From contig CAWHAE010000009.1 of NCBI GenBank assembly GCA_963827235.1, positions 736,001 through 800,000 on the forward strand: a stretch of 64,000 nt of DNA, read 5' to 3'. Made by a program: the position numbers and the translations under genes. Source of the DNA: an uncultured bacterium. GTDB lineage: Bacteria > Chloroflexota > UBA5177 > JANWHV01. The notes under the pieces are model-generated. The model had not been told where the DNA came from. It was given only the letters and a program-made list of their open reading frames with translations, and did no database searches. Below are positions 1 through 9,433 of the stretch, one piece after another (positions within the stretch are counted from its first letter, which is position 1; each line of letters begins with the position of its first letter).

Positions 1-157
1 CCCTCTTGACGTGCCACCTGCGCCGCGTCCGCTCGACGGTCGGGCCACAGGCTATACTCACCATGTTGCATGGTGCTCCCGCCGGTGCGGACGGCAGGAC
101 AGCCGAGCCTGCCGGCGGGACTGGGTCGTGGGAGATAGAAAAGGCTGGGATACGCTG

Positions 158-655
158 ATGGAGAAAGCGAAGAGCATCGCGCTGTTGAACAAGGCAGTGG
201 CCGACGAGCTTCAGTCCGTTCACCAGTACATGTATTTCCACTTCCATTTGGCCGATCAGGGGTTCGGGCCGATCGCGCAGCTGTACAAGCGCATCGCCAT
301 ACAGGAAATGGGGCACATCGAGCTGCTGGCTGAGCGCGTGTTGTTCCTGAAGGGCGATGTGGAGATGGTCGCAGCCGGGCCGGTCGACCACATCTCGGAG
401 CCGGAGGCCATGCTCGCGAAGGGTCAGGCGATGGAGGAGCACGGCATCCAGTCGTATAACGCCGCCGCGCTCGACTGCGCCGCCAATGCCGATTCCGGCT
501 CCAAGCAGCTGTTCGAACAACTGCTGCGGGATGAAGAAGGCCACTACGATCAGTTCGAGAAGCAGGGCGACAACATCAAGCGGTTCGGTCCCAGCTATTT
601 GGCGCTGCAGTCGTTTGGTGGAGCAGCCGAGGGCGCGGCGACCACGGCGAGCTGA
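158..655 (+). CDS. bfr: bacterioferritin
   Basis: MEKAKSIALLNKAVADELQSVHQY...QEMGH...E...DEEGH: ferroxidase Glu/His pattern plus heme-ligand Met; ATG at 158 chosen over the ORF-track start at 11. Confidence 0.9.
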   Translation: MEKAKSIALLNKAVADELQSVHQYMYFHFHLADQGFGPIAQLYKRIAIQEMGHIELLAERVLFLKGDVEMVAAGPVDHISEPEAMLAKGQAMEEHGIQSYNAAALDCAANADSGSKQLFEQLLRDEEGHYDQFEKQGDNIKRFGPSYLALQSFGGAAEGAATTAS

Positions 656-670
656 TGGGGAGAGCAGGCG

Positions 671-1633
671 ATGAAGATAGGAGCATTCGCAGTCTTGCTG
701 GCCGACAGGCCGCTGGAGCAGGCGCTTGACTATCTCCAGTCGATGGGACTGGACATGGTGGAGATTGGTACCGGCGGTTATCCCGGCAACGCGCACGCCA
801 AGGCAGCGGAGCTGCTGGCCAACCCGGCCAAGCTGGCGACTTTCAAGCAGGCTATCGACTCTCGCGGCTTCCAGATCAGCGGCCTGTCCTGCCATGGCAA
901 CCCTCTGCATCCGCAGGCGAGCATCGCCGCCGCGCACCACGAGGACTTTCGCAACACCGTTCTGCTGGCTGAGCGGCTGGGTGTGCAGCGCGTGATCACC
1001 TTCTCGGGCTGCCCGGGTGACAGCGATCGGGCCCAGTATCCCAACTGGGTTACCTGCCCCTGGCCGGACGACTTCTCCGCCCTGGTGAAGTGGCAGTGGG
1101 AAGAGAAAGTCATTCCCTACTGGCGGGAGCAAGCGGAGTTCTGCCGCCAGCACGGCGTGCAGGTGGCACTGGAGATGCATCCGGGCTTCGTGGTCTACAG
1201 CGTGGAGACCATGTTACGCCTGCGCGATGCCGTGGGCGACCAGGTGGGCGCCAATCTCGATCCCAGTCACCTCTTCTGGCAAGGTGCGAATCCGATCGAA
1301 GCGGTGCGCGCGCTGGGTCCCGCTATCTACTACGTGCATGCCAAGGACACGGCGATCGATCAGTACAACACCGGACGCAACGGCGTGCTCGACACCAAGC
1401 CGTATCGCGACGAAGCCAATCGCTCCTGGATCTTTCGCACGGTAGGCTACGGGCACGACGCCAAGTTCTGGAAGGACTTCGTGAGCGCGCTACGCCTGGT
1501 GGGGTACGACTGGGTGCTCAGCATCGAGCACGAGGATAGCCTGATGTCGGTGCCCGAGGGCCTGAGCAAGGCGGTGGCCTTGCTCAAAGAAGCGGTGATC
1601 GCAGAGAAGCTAACCGGCATGTGGTGGGCCTGA
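671..1633 (+). CDS. sugar phosphate isomerase/epimerase (xylose-isomerase-like TIM barrel)
   Basis: LEMHP, NLDPSHL, HAKD and SIEHED metal-binding motifs. Confidence 0.85.
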   Translation: MKIGAFAVLLADRPLEQALDYLQSMGLDMVEIGTGGYPGNAHAKAAELLANPAKLATFKQAIDSRGFQISGLSCHGNPLHPQASIAAAHHEDFRNTVLLAERLGVQRVITFSGCPGDSDRAQYPNWVTCPWPDDFSALVKWQWEEKVIPYWREQAEFCRQHGVQVALEMHPGFVVYSVETMLRLRDAVGDQVGANLDPSHLFWQGANPIEAVRALGPAIYYVHAKDTAIDQYNTGRNGVLDTKPYRDEANRSWIFRTVGYGHDAKFWKDFVSALRLVGYDWVLSIEHEDSLMSVPEGLSKAVALLKEAVIAEKLTGMWWA

Positions 1634-1774
1634 GCCGTCCCTCTAGTCAGGCCAAGGTGGAACCTGCATGGGGCGGAGTGAACTCCGCGCTTGGTGGGCC
1701 CTGAGGCTCCCCACGATGAGTCGGTGGGCACCGTATCCGTGCGCTGCCAATACGGTTCCCGGAGTGGCTTGCCT

Positions 1775-2818
1775 TTAGGCAAGCCACTCGTCCATAGGCG
1801 TGGTCGATCGGACGACGTGCATGCCGGCTTTCTGAAAGCCGGCAAGCGCGGTTTCGGCTTGTTCGGTGAAATCGGTCAGGTAGCCGCCACGACCGTCCGG
1901 TACGACGACGCTGGACATGCAGTCCTGGAGGATATAGACTTTGCCGGATAGCGCCGGGTCCACCGCCCTGATCTCGTCCAGCAGATCCTCGAGCGTGCTC
2001 TTCACGCAGTGGCTGGCCGCCTCGCCGGCGACCACGATCGCATCTGCTGCCAGCAGCCGGGCGATGAACGGCCTGTTCTTCTCTGCCAGCGTGCCGCCGT
2101 CATGGCGCTGCAGCACCTCGGGGCGCAGGATGCTGTAGTTTTCGGTCAGCGGCTGATCGCCTTTCAACTCGATCCATGCCTGGGTCTGGCGGACGAAGGC
2201 ATGAAAGAGCTGCGCCTCCTGCACCACGCCGGCCAGCGTATGCCCCTCGCTGCCGAGCAGGCAATGGAACGGCCAGAGGTACAGCTCGTACTTGCCTTTC
2301 CGGGTGAGCGACTCGCAGTAGAACTGCACCTGCGCCTGGAGCCAGGCGAAGTCGCCGTCGCACAGCCAATCCGCGACAGCGGGATTCGGCCGCAGAGCGC
2401 CCGTGCGGAGGTCTTCAAGCCGCACCACAGTGTGCGCCGGCGGCAACGTGCCGCCGGCATCCAGCCAGAAGGCAGGAAAGAAGATCTGCTCGGCGAGGTG
2501 CGTGTCGAGGGTCGTGGTGATCGCCGTGATCGTGCCGAGATTGCGGTAGACGAACTCCGAGAGTCTCCGGCAATCCTCCATGGCGCCGTCACCGGAGCGG
2601 CCGCCGACGTAGAGGCTGCCTGCCGGAAAGCAGAAGTCCTTTTGTGCGTCGATGATCAGGAGATGCACGCGCTGGCGGTCCGTCGCGGCCGCGTCGATGC
2701 CGAACCGGCTCCGCCAGGCGATGGCCGCTTCCAGCAGGGCGGGCGGATCGGGCCGAAAGCTCCAGCTTCGCGCGTGTTCGGGGTCAAAGAACGGGGGCAC
2801 GGGCAGGGTAACCGGCAT
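1775..2818 (-). CDS. isochorismatase/nicotinamidase-like cysteine hydrolase
   Basis: IIDAQKDFC, TLDTH, WPFHC, KG and GEAASHCV (Asp-Lys-Cys triad). Confidence 0.8.
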   Translation of the reverse strand: MPVTLPVPPFFDPEHARSWSFRPDPPALLEAAIAWRSRFGIDAAATDRQRVHLLIIDAQKDFCFPAGSLYVGGRSGDGAMEDCRRLSEFVYRNLGTITAITTTLDTHLAEQIFFPAFWLDAGGTLPPAHTVVRLEDLRTGALRPNPAVADWLCDGDFAWLQAQVQFYCESLTRKGKYELYLWPFHCLLGSEGHTLAGVVQEAQLFHAFVRQTQAWIELKGDQPLTENYSILRPEVLQRHDGGTLAEKNRPFIARLLAADAIVVAGEAASHCVKSTLEDLLDEIRAVDPALSGKVYILQDCMSSVVVPDGRGGYLTDFTEQAETALAGFQKAGMHVVRSTTPMDEWLA

Positions 2819-3187
2819 GTGCGCGATCCTTTCTCACTGCTCGATAGTCGGACGGATGCCGGCGCGTGTCGGGGCTCGGGCCAATCCCCCGAAGGCGCTG
2901 TTTCCTCGCGCCGCTACGCGCATGGCGTGCCGGCCAGCATATCTGACATTATCCGCGCTTGCGACCCAGCGTGCTTTCCGATGCTCCGGGCGGTTGGAGC
3001 GAGCGGCCTCCCGGCGGGCGAAGCCGGCCGCTCCAGGGCGAGTGTAGGTCCATATAGAGAGCTATAGGGGGGCAGGGAAGGAGGCCGCTGCCATGCCCAC
3101 TTTCGCGGTATCCTTGCCACAGCACTCAACAGACCAAGGCCGACGATGTGGGACGCCCGAACGGCATAGCAAGGAGCTGTAGAGCAC

Positions 3188-4564
3188 ATGTCCGAGCAAA
3201 CCAAGTTCCTCCTGGACGAGTCGCGTATCCCCGAAGCCTGGTACAACATCACCCCCGACCTGCCCGTAGCGCAGCCCCCGCCTCTGCACCCGGGCACTGG
3301 CAAGCCTCTCGGTCCGGACGATCTGGCGCCGCTGTTTCCCATGGCTCTGATCATGCAGGAGGTGAGCGGGGAGCGCTTCATCGAGATCCCGGAAGCGGTG
3401 CGCGCTGCCTATCGCCTGTGGCGCCCTACCCCGCTGTATCGGGCTCACCGTCTCGAGCAAGCGCTCGACACGCCGGCCAAGATCTTCTACAAGTACGAAG
3501 GCGTCAGCCCGGCCGGCAGCCACAAGCCGAACACCGCGGTGCCGCAGGCCTACTACAACAAGGCCGCGGGCGTGAAGCGTATCTCTACCGAGACCGGCGC
3601 CGGCCAGTGGGGCAGCTCTCTGGCACTTGCCTGCGGCCTGTTCGGGCTGGAGTGCAAGGTGTACATGGTGCGCATCAGCTACGAGCAGAAGCCCTATCGT
3701 CGCTCTATGATGCAGACCTGGGGAGCGTCCGTGGTTGCCAGTCCCAGCGAAGATACACAAGCGGGCCGGAAGATCCGCGGCGAGCAGCCGGATTGCCTGG
3801 GCAGCCTCGGTATCGCGATCAGCGAGGCGGTGGAGGACGCCGCCTCGCGGGAAGACACCAAGTACTCGCTGGGCAGCGTGCTGAACCACGTCTTGCTGCA
3901 CCAAACCGTGATCGGCCTGGAAGCCATCGATCAGCTCGACATGGCCGGTGCCTACCCGGACGTAGTCATCGGCTGCGTAGGTGGGGGAAGCAATTTCGGC
4001 GGCATAGCCCTGCCGTTCGTGCGAGAGAAGCTGGCAGGCAAGTCCATTCGCATCGTGGCCGTGGAGCCGGCGGCGTGCCCGAGCTTGACGCGCGGCGTCT
4101 ACGCCTACGACTTCGGCGATACCGCCGGACTGGCGCCGATGGTAGCGATGCATACTCTGGGCCACAACTTCATGCCGGCAGGAATCCATTCCGGAGGCCT
4201 GCGATACCACGGCATGAGCCCCCTGATCAGCCACCTCTACAAGCTGAACCTGATCGAAGCCCGGGCCTATACCCAGCGTCCGTGTTTCGAGGCGGGGCTG
4301 CAGTTCGCGCGCACGGAAGGCATCGTGCCGGCGCCCGAGGCCACGCACGCGATCAAGGGCGCGGTCGACGAGGCTTTACGCTGCAAGGCGGAGGGCGTCT
4401 CGCGCACCATTCTCTTCAATCTCAGCGGTCACGGGCACTTCGACATGGCCGCCTGGGATTCCTATCTTTCCGGCGCGATGGTCGACTACGAGCTGCCCGA
4501 CGCCGAGATCGCGCGTGCGCTCAAGGACATCGAGCAGATGCCCAAGGTGCCGGTTACTGCATAG
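3188..4564 (+). CDS. trpB2: TrpB2-type (stand-alone) tryptophan synthase beta subunit
   Basis: GSHKPN (PLP lysine), [33 protein letters not shown]; AAGGAG RBS. Confidence 0.92.
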   Translation: MSEQTKFLLDESRIPEAWYNITPDLPVAQPPPLHPGTGKPLGPDDLAPLFPMALIMQEVSGERFIEIPEAVRAAYRLWRPTPLYRAHRLEQALDTPAKIFYKYEGVSPAGSHKPNTAVPQAYYNKAAGVKRISTETGAGQWGSSLALACGLFGLECKVYMVRISYEQKPYRRSMMQTWGASVVASPSEDTQAGRKIRGEQPDCLGSLGIAISEAVEDAASREDTKYSLGSVLNHVLLHQTVIGLEAIDQLDMAGAYPDVVIGCVGGGSNFGGIALPFVREKLAGKSIRIVAVEPAACPSLTRGVYAYDFGDTAGLAPMVAMHTLGHNFMPAGIHSGGLRYHGMSPLISHLYKLNLIEARAYTQRPCFEAGLQFARTEGIVPAPEATHAIKGAVDEALRCKAEGVSRTILFNLSGHGHFDMAAWDSYLSGAMVDYELPDAEIARALKDIEQMPKVPVTA

Positions 4565-4579
4565 GTGCCGCCGGATACA

Positions 4580-4611
4580 GCGAGACCGCCGGAAGTTGCC
4601 GGCGGTCTCGC
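4580..4611. terminator. stem-loop between convergent genes
   Basis: GCGAGACCGCCGG-aagttg-CCGGCGGTCTCGC, perfect 13-bp stem. Confidence 0.6.
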
Positions 4612-4703
4612 GAGGCGCCTGGGCAATTCCACGTCCTTGCCGCCGGGTGCAAGAAGCGCGGCGGTTTCGCGGAGCACCGCCGGCGCTCCCTGGTCGCCGG
4701 CAG

Positions 4704-6041
4704 TTACTTCCCCAGCGGCAGTGTGACGGTAAAGAGGGCCCCGCCTCCGGGCGCGTTCACGGCGGTGATTCGCCCGTTATGCGCGTCGACGATCCAGCGC
4801 GCGATCGCCAGCCCAAGGCCCGAGCCTTTTCCGGTGCGGGCCTTGTCGGCGCGATAGAAGCGCTCGAATATGCGCGGCAGGTCTGCCGGGTCGATGCCCG
4901 GTCCGCTATCCCGTACCGCCAGCCGCACGCTGCCGCCATGCACCTCCGCGCCGACGACGACCTTGCCGCCCTCGGGCGTATACTTGAGCGCGTTGTCGAG
5001 CAGAATGAGCAGTAGCTGCCGCAGACGGCCTTCATCGCCCATGAGCTGTACACCCGGCGGGCAGCCGCCGGAGAGCGTAGATGTTGCGATCCTCGGCCAG
5101 CATGTCGACTGCTTCGACGCTGTCGTTCACGAGCCGTGTAAAGTCGACCGGCTGGCGCTCGACCGCGATGGCGCCGCTATCGGCACGCGCCAGCAAGCGA
5201 GAGGTTCTCCACCAGCCGGGTCAGGTGATTGTTCTGGTCGAGCGTCTGTTCGAGCGCGCGCTGTTGCTCGGCCACCGATTCTTCGGTGAGCCCGAGCTCG
5301 GCGGCCGTGCGCATGATAGCCAGCGGTGTACGCAGCTCGTGCGCCGCATCGGCGACGAAATCGCGCTGGCGCTTGAGCGAGACCTGGATGGGGGCCAGCG
5401 CGCGCCGGGCCAGCACCGCGCTGATACCGGCCGCCGCCACGATGCCCAGCACGCTCACGGCAAGCAGCCCTCGCAGCAGCGAGCTGAGGCTATCGAGATA
5501 GTTCTTCTCCGAGATGATCACCTGCACGGCGCCGATAATCTGCTGCGTGCCGTCGCCGAGGGGACACGATTGCCGGCCTGCTCTCGACCAGATAGGTCTG
5601 GTGGCCGCTGCTGACCGCCGTACAGCACTGGTCGGTACCGGTATCAAAGGCCCGCTGGGCAGAGGAGAGATTGAAGATCAGCGTCGGAGAGGTGTAGTCC
5701 AGACCGCGCGGGCCGGCCACGGCATAGTAGACGTCGTCCTGGCTGCTCTGGCTGCTGCAGTCCTGATGCGCTGCTTGCAGTGCGTCGGACGGAACGAACT
5801 GCCCGGTGAGCTCGAGCTCGAGCTCCCGCAGGCAGCGGGGAGGATTCGCGGCCCGGTAACGCAGCGTGTCCTGCAGCGACTGGTACAGTCTCTGTTGCGT
5901 CGTGAAGTACACCAGCGCGCCGGAGGCAAGCAGCAGGGCGAAGATGAGCGAAGCGGTCAGGGCCGCGAGGCGCCAGCCTACACGCCGAACGGATGCGGCG
6001 TCGGGATCAACCGGTGCGTTCTTTCGTCGAATCGCAAACAT
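4704..6041 (-). CDS. membrane sensor histidine kinase, split by about 3 frameshifts (sequencing errors or pseudogene)
   Basis: Two TM segments, H-box ADAAHELRTPL, N-box LLDNALKY, G-boxes DSGPGI and GSGLGL, spread over ORFs 5490-6041, 5177-5647 and 4704-5042. Confidence 0.85.
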
Positions 6042-6138
6042 TGAACGCTCCCTTCTCCTCGATCGTCACCCGTCTGCCGGGGCAGCCGTCCCGGGCCGAT
6101 CTCGCGAGCCTCCGTGCGCGCGGAGTGGTGCTCCGCCG

Positions 6139-6811
6139 TTAGGCCTTTATCTTGTACCCCACGCCGCGGACCGTCTGGATGAGCTGGTGCTCATACCCTT
6201 CATCCACGGCCTTGCGCAGACGCCGAATCGTGGCATCCACCACATTTGCGAACGAGCCGAATCCGTAGTCCCACACGCGCTCCATGATCATCGTGCGGCT
6301 CAACACCTGGCCCGGGGTGCCGCATGAGATACTCCAGCAGCGCGAACTCCTTCGGCGAGAGCGGTACGAGGTTCCCGGCACGGTAGACCTCGTGAGCCTG
6401 CCGGTCGAGCACGAGATCGCCGACTTCCAGGCGATCGTCGTCGGTACGACGCCCGTTTCGTCTGGTGATCGCACGCAGCCGAGCCAGGAGCTCTTCGAAC
6501 GCGAAGGGCTTCGTCAGGTAGTCGTCGGCACCGGCATCGAAGCCGCGAAGACGGTCACGCAGGGCGTCACGCGCGGTGAGAATCAGCACCGGAACCGTCG
6601 ACTGATCGGCACGCAGTTGGCGAACGATTTCCAAGCCGTCGATGCCGGGCAGCATGACGTCCACGATCAGCGCGTCATAGTTGCCGACCTGCGCACGCTC
6701 CAGGCCGTCATTGCCGTCGTAAGCCACGTCGACGGTATGGCGTTCCTGGGTGAGGCCGCGTCGCAGGAGGTCGGCCAGCGACTTATCGTCTTCCACAACT
6801 AGGGTGCGCAT
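6139..6811 (-). CDS. OmpR/PhoB-family response regulator, one frameshift near 6310
   Basis: MRTLVVEDD...DVMLP...GADDYLTKPF receiver; winged-helix end NVVDATIRRLRK...TVRGVGY in a second frame, with the shift in a CCCGGGG run. Confidence 0.9.
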
Positions 6812-6843
6812 GGCTTGAGATTCCTCCGGATTATTCTCTGCCG

Positions 6844-6957
6844 AGCATAACAAACCAATATGACCGTTGCATGACAACATTGTCATTGTCCTGTCATAAA
6901 TGGATCACCTTTGTGTCATTGAGAGGTCATAGGTTAGTCATCGACGGTACTTATGCT
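6844..6957. promoter_or_regulatory. divergent promoters with an OmpR/PhoB-type direct-repeat array
   Basis: + strand GTCAT at 6882, 6893, (ATCAC 6904), 6915, 6926, 6937, then 10 bp, TATGCT 6952-6957; - strand GTCAT at 6875-6871 and 6864-6860, then 10 bp, TATGCT 6849-6844. Confidence 0.8.
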
Positions 6958-7142
6958 AAAGAGGTACCGATAGGGATGCTGCACGCACGCCACCAAACCT
7001 CTGGCCCGGCGGCTCATGGCAGCATCCGGTGGGTTCAGCCACCGCCTGGATCGGGCGTCGGCCGGCGGCGTTTATCTCATTGACCGGCGAGCCGAGGCGC
7101 AGGGAAACTCAACTGAAAGGTTCACGAGAAAGGGCAGCACGT

Positions 7143-8243
7143 ATGGCCAGGGGATTGACATCGCTTGCCGCGGCCGCGCTGATCGTCGCGGGAGGCATCG
7201 GTGACCATATTCTGACAAGCAGTTCATCCAATCAGCCTGTGGCTGCATTGGCGTCCGTGGCTGCACAGCAGTCCGGCGCGCAAACCGCTGCGGTGACATC
7301 GCAGTCGCTCGACGCGGCGACGGAGCATGCTTTCTCGGTCGCCAGCCCCTCGGTCGTATTTGTGAACAATGTCGGCATCGGCAGCGGCTCGGGCGTGATC
7401 TACGACAAGACCGGCGACATCGTCACCAACGCCCACGTGGTCGAGAGCGCGCAGAGTCTCACGGTGACGCTCTCCACCGGGAAAACCTATTCAGCCCGCG
7501 TGGTCGGCAGTGATACCAAGGATGACCTGGCGGTCATCCACATCAACGCCTCCAACCTTCCGGCCGCGCATTTCGCCAGTGCCGGGTCGTTCCAAGTTGC
7601 CCAGATGGTCTTGGCAATCGGTAACCCCCTTGACCTCCAGCAGAGCGTGACGTTCGGCCTGATTAGCGCCCTTGACCGCACCGTCCTGGAATCTGCCAGC
7701 ACCGGCGCCTACCTCCCCGACGCGATACAGACCTCCGCGCCGATCAACCCCGGCAATTCCGGTGGTGCCCTTGTCACCCTTGATGGCTCGGTGGTGGGCA
7801 TTCCTACCCTGGAGGCCGTCGATCCGCAGAACAACAACGGCGGCGCCGCGCAGGGTATTGGATTCGCCGTGCCAAGCACGCGCATTACCGCTATCGCACA
7901 CCAGCTCGTCGCCTATGGCCGCGTCGTGCATTCCGGGCGGGCCTATCTCGGCGTGAGCTCGGCGGACAGCAGCAGCGCCAGCGGTTACTCAATGTTCGGC
8001 CAGCAGAGCACGGTGAGCGGTGCACTGGTGACCACGGTCGCCGACGGCAGTCCTGCCGCTCAGGCCGGCCTGCAGCAGTACGATGTAATCACGGCCGTGA
8101 ATGGCAAGACCATCAGCGGCAGCGATGACCTGCTGACGGCGCTCGCGCATGCCAAGCCAAACCAGACAATTACACTCAGCGTCAACCGCAATGGGCAGAG
8201 CCTGACCCTCAAGGTGAAGCTCGGCGAGCTGACAGTCTCATAA
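7143..8243 (+). CDS. htrA: HtrA/DegP-family serine protease with one PDZ domain
   Basis: TNAHVV, DDLAVI and INPGNSGG catalytic triad; C-terminal PDZ (AYLGV...GSPAAQAGL); N-terminal hydrophobic anchor. Confidence 0.92.
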   Translation: MARGLTSLAAAALIVAGGIGDHILTSSSSNQPVAALASVAAQQSGAQTAAVTSQSLDAATEHAFSVASPSVVFVNNVGIGSGSGVIYDKTGDIVTNAHVVESAQSLTVTLSTGKTYSARVVGSDTKDDLAVIHINASNLPAAHFASAGSFQVAQMVLAIGNPLDLQQSVTFGLISALDRTVLESASTGAYLPDAIQTSAPINPGNSGGALVTLDGSVVGIPTLEAVDPQNNNGGAAQGIGFAVPSTRITAIAHQLVAYGRVVHSGRAYLGVSSADSSSASGYSMFGQQSTVSGALVTTVADGSPAAQAGLQQYDVITAVNGKTISGSDDLLTALAHAKPNQTITLSVNRNGQSLTLKVKLGELTVS

Positions 8244-8318
8244 CCTGCATTCCACCCGCGGCGTCCGCGAGGCAAACCCCACCTTGCGCTTGCGGACGCC
8301 GCACTTCCTGAGAGATCC

Positions 8319-8356
8319 AAGGCTGCCGAGGTAACTCCCCCTCGGCAGCCTTTTTC
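8319..8356 (+). terminator. intrinsic terminator of htrA, preceded by a second hairpin at 8258-8302
   Basis: AAGGCTGCCGAG...CTCGGCAGCCTT stem followed by a T run. Confidence 0.8.
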
Positions 8357-8668
8357 TGTCTTGCGGTGCCGTGCCCTTCTCGACGGTCCGCGGCCTGGCT
8401 CGAGACGGCGCGGTATGGCCTGATCGGCCCGGCCGTGTTTTCCACAGGCACGTGCTACTCGCATTACACCCGGCGCGACGGAACCGGCTCCATGACTTTC
8501 TTCACTGCCGTGGAATTCGGTCATTTGCTACGCTTGCCGATGGGCACCCTGTTCTGCAGGCGAACGACTGAAACGGTGCCGGCCAGGCGTCACATCCCGG
8601 GCGACGGCGGTGCTTGGCGTAGAGAGATGCTACGACTCGGGGATCAGAGGATGCACGGGGAGGCTGCG

Positions 8669-9421
8669 TTGGCTACTGAGCTGATCATCGAGGCCAGGGG
8701 CCTCAAGAAGACATATGTCACCGGCACGCAGCGCGTAGATGCCCTGCGCGGCATCGATTTCGCGGTGCGCCGGGGCGAGATGGTCTCGATCATGGGCCCG
8801 AGCGGATGCGGCAAGACGACGCTGCTCAACTGCCTCTCCGGGCTGGACGATTTCGACGCAGGCGACGTGAAGATCGCCGGCACCTCGTTGCGAGATATGA
8901 GCGACAACCAGAAGACGGACTATCGCGCGCGCAAGATGGGCTTCGTCTTTCAGGTGTATAACCTGCTGCCCGTGCTCAGCGCGGTCGAGAACGTCGAGCT
9001 GCCGCTACTGGTCAGCGGTATGCATCCGAAGCTGGCACGCAAGAAGGCGCAGGCGGCGCTGGAGAACGTGCAGCTCGGCAGCTGGGCGAATCACCGGCCG
9101 GCCGAGCTGTCGGGCGGACAGCGACAGCGCGTGACGGTCGCCCGCTCGCTGGTGAACGAACCGGCAATCGTCTGGGCAGACGAGCCAACGGGCGCGCTCG
9201 ACTCGGAGGCGGCGGGAGGCATCATGGATCTGATGTGCGATCTCAACAAGCTAAACAGCCAGACCTTCGTGGTGGTGACGCACGCCCTCGAGGTCGGCGA
9301 GCGCGCCGACCGCATCGTGCGGATGCGCGACGGGCACATCGACGATGCCGGACTTGGCCGTGGCGCCGAGGGTATGGGCGACCTGATAGACGCGCACCAG
9401 GCCGCCGCGTCGGCATCATAG
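8669..9421 (+). CDS. ABC transporter ATP-binding protein (LolD/MacB-like)
   Basis: [26 protein letters not shown]; TTG start inferred from a GGGAGG RBS. Confidence 0.9.
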   Translation: MATELIIEARGLKKTYVTGTQRVDALRGIDFAVRRGEMVSIMGPSGCGKTTLLNCLSGLDDFDAGDVKIAGTSLRDMSDNQKTDYRARKMGFVFQVYNLLPVLSAVENVELPLLVSGMHPKLARKKAQAALENVQLGSWANHRPAELSGGQRQRVTVARSLVNEPAIVWADEPTGALDSEAAGGIMDLMCDLNKLNSQTFVVVTHALEVGERADRIVRMRDGHIDDAGLGRGAEGMGDLIDAHQAAASAS

Positions 9422-9433
9422 GAGGCCACGGTA

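Noticed and set aside
1726-1760. ACCGTAT...ATACGGTTC stem resembling group II intron domain V
   Set aside because: No AGC/CGC triad, GNRA loop, AC bulge, domain VI or RT gene
2900-3187. Possible T-box or trp attenuator before trpB2
   Set aside because: No T-box consensus, no tandem Trp codons, no terminator
4704-6811. Programmed frameshifting in the two-component genes
   Set aside because: No canonical slippery heptamer noticed; similar indels in unrelated genes point to sequencing error
8258-8356. GGCAAACC...GGACGC followed by a terminator, reminiscent of a c-di-GMP-I riboswitch
   Set aside because: No GNRA tetraloop or GCAAAG junction; it lies directly after the htrA stop and is explained by two simple hairpins
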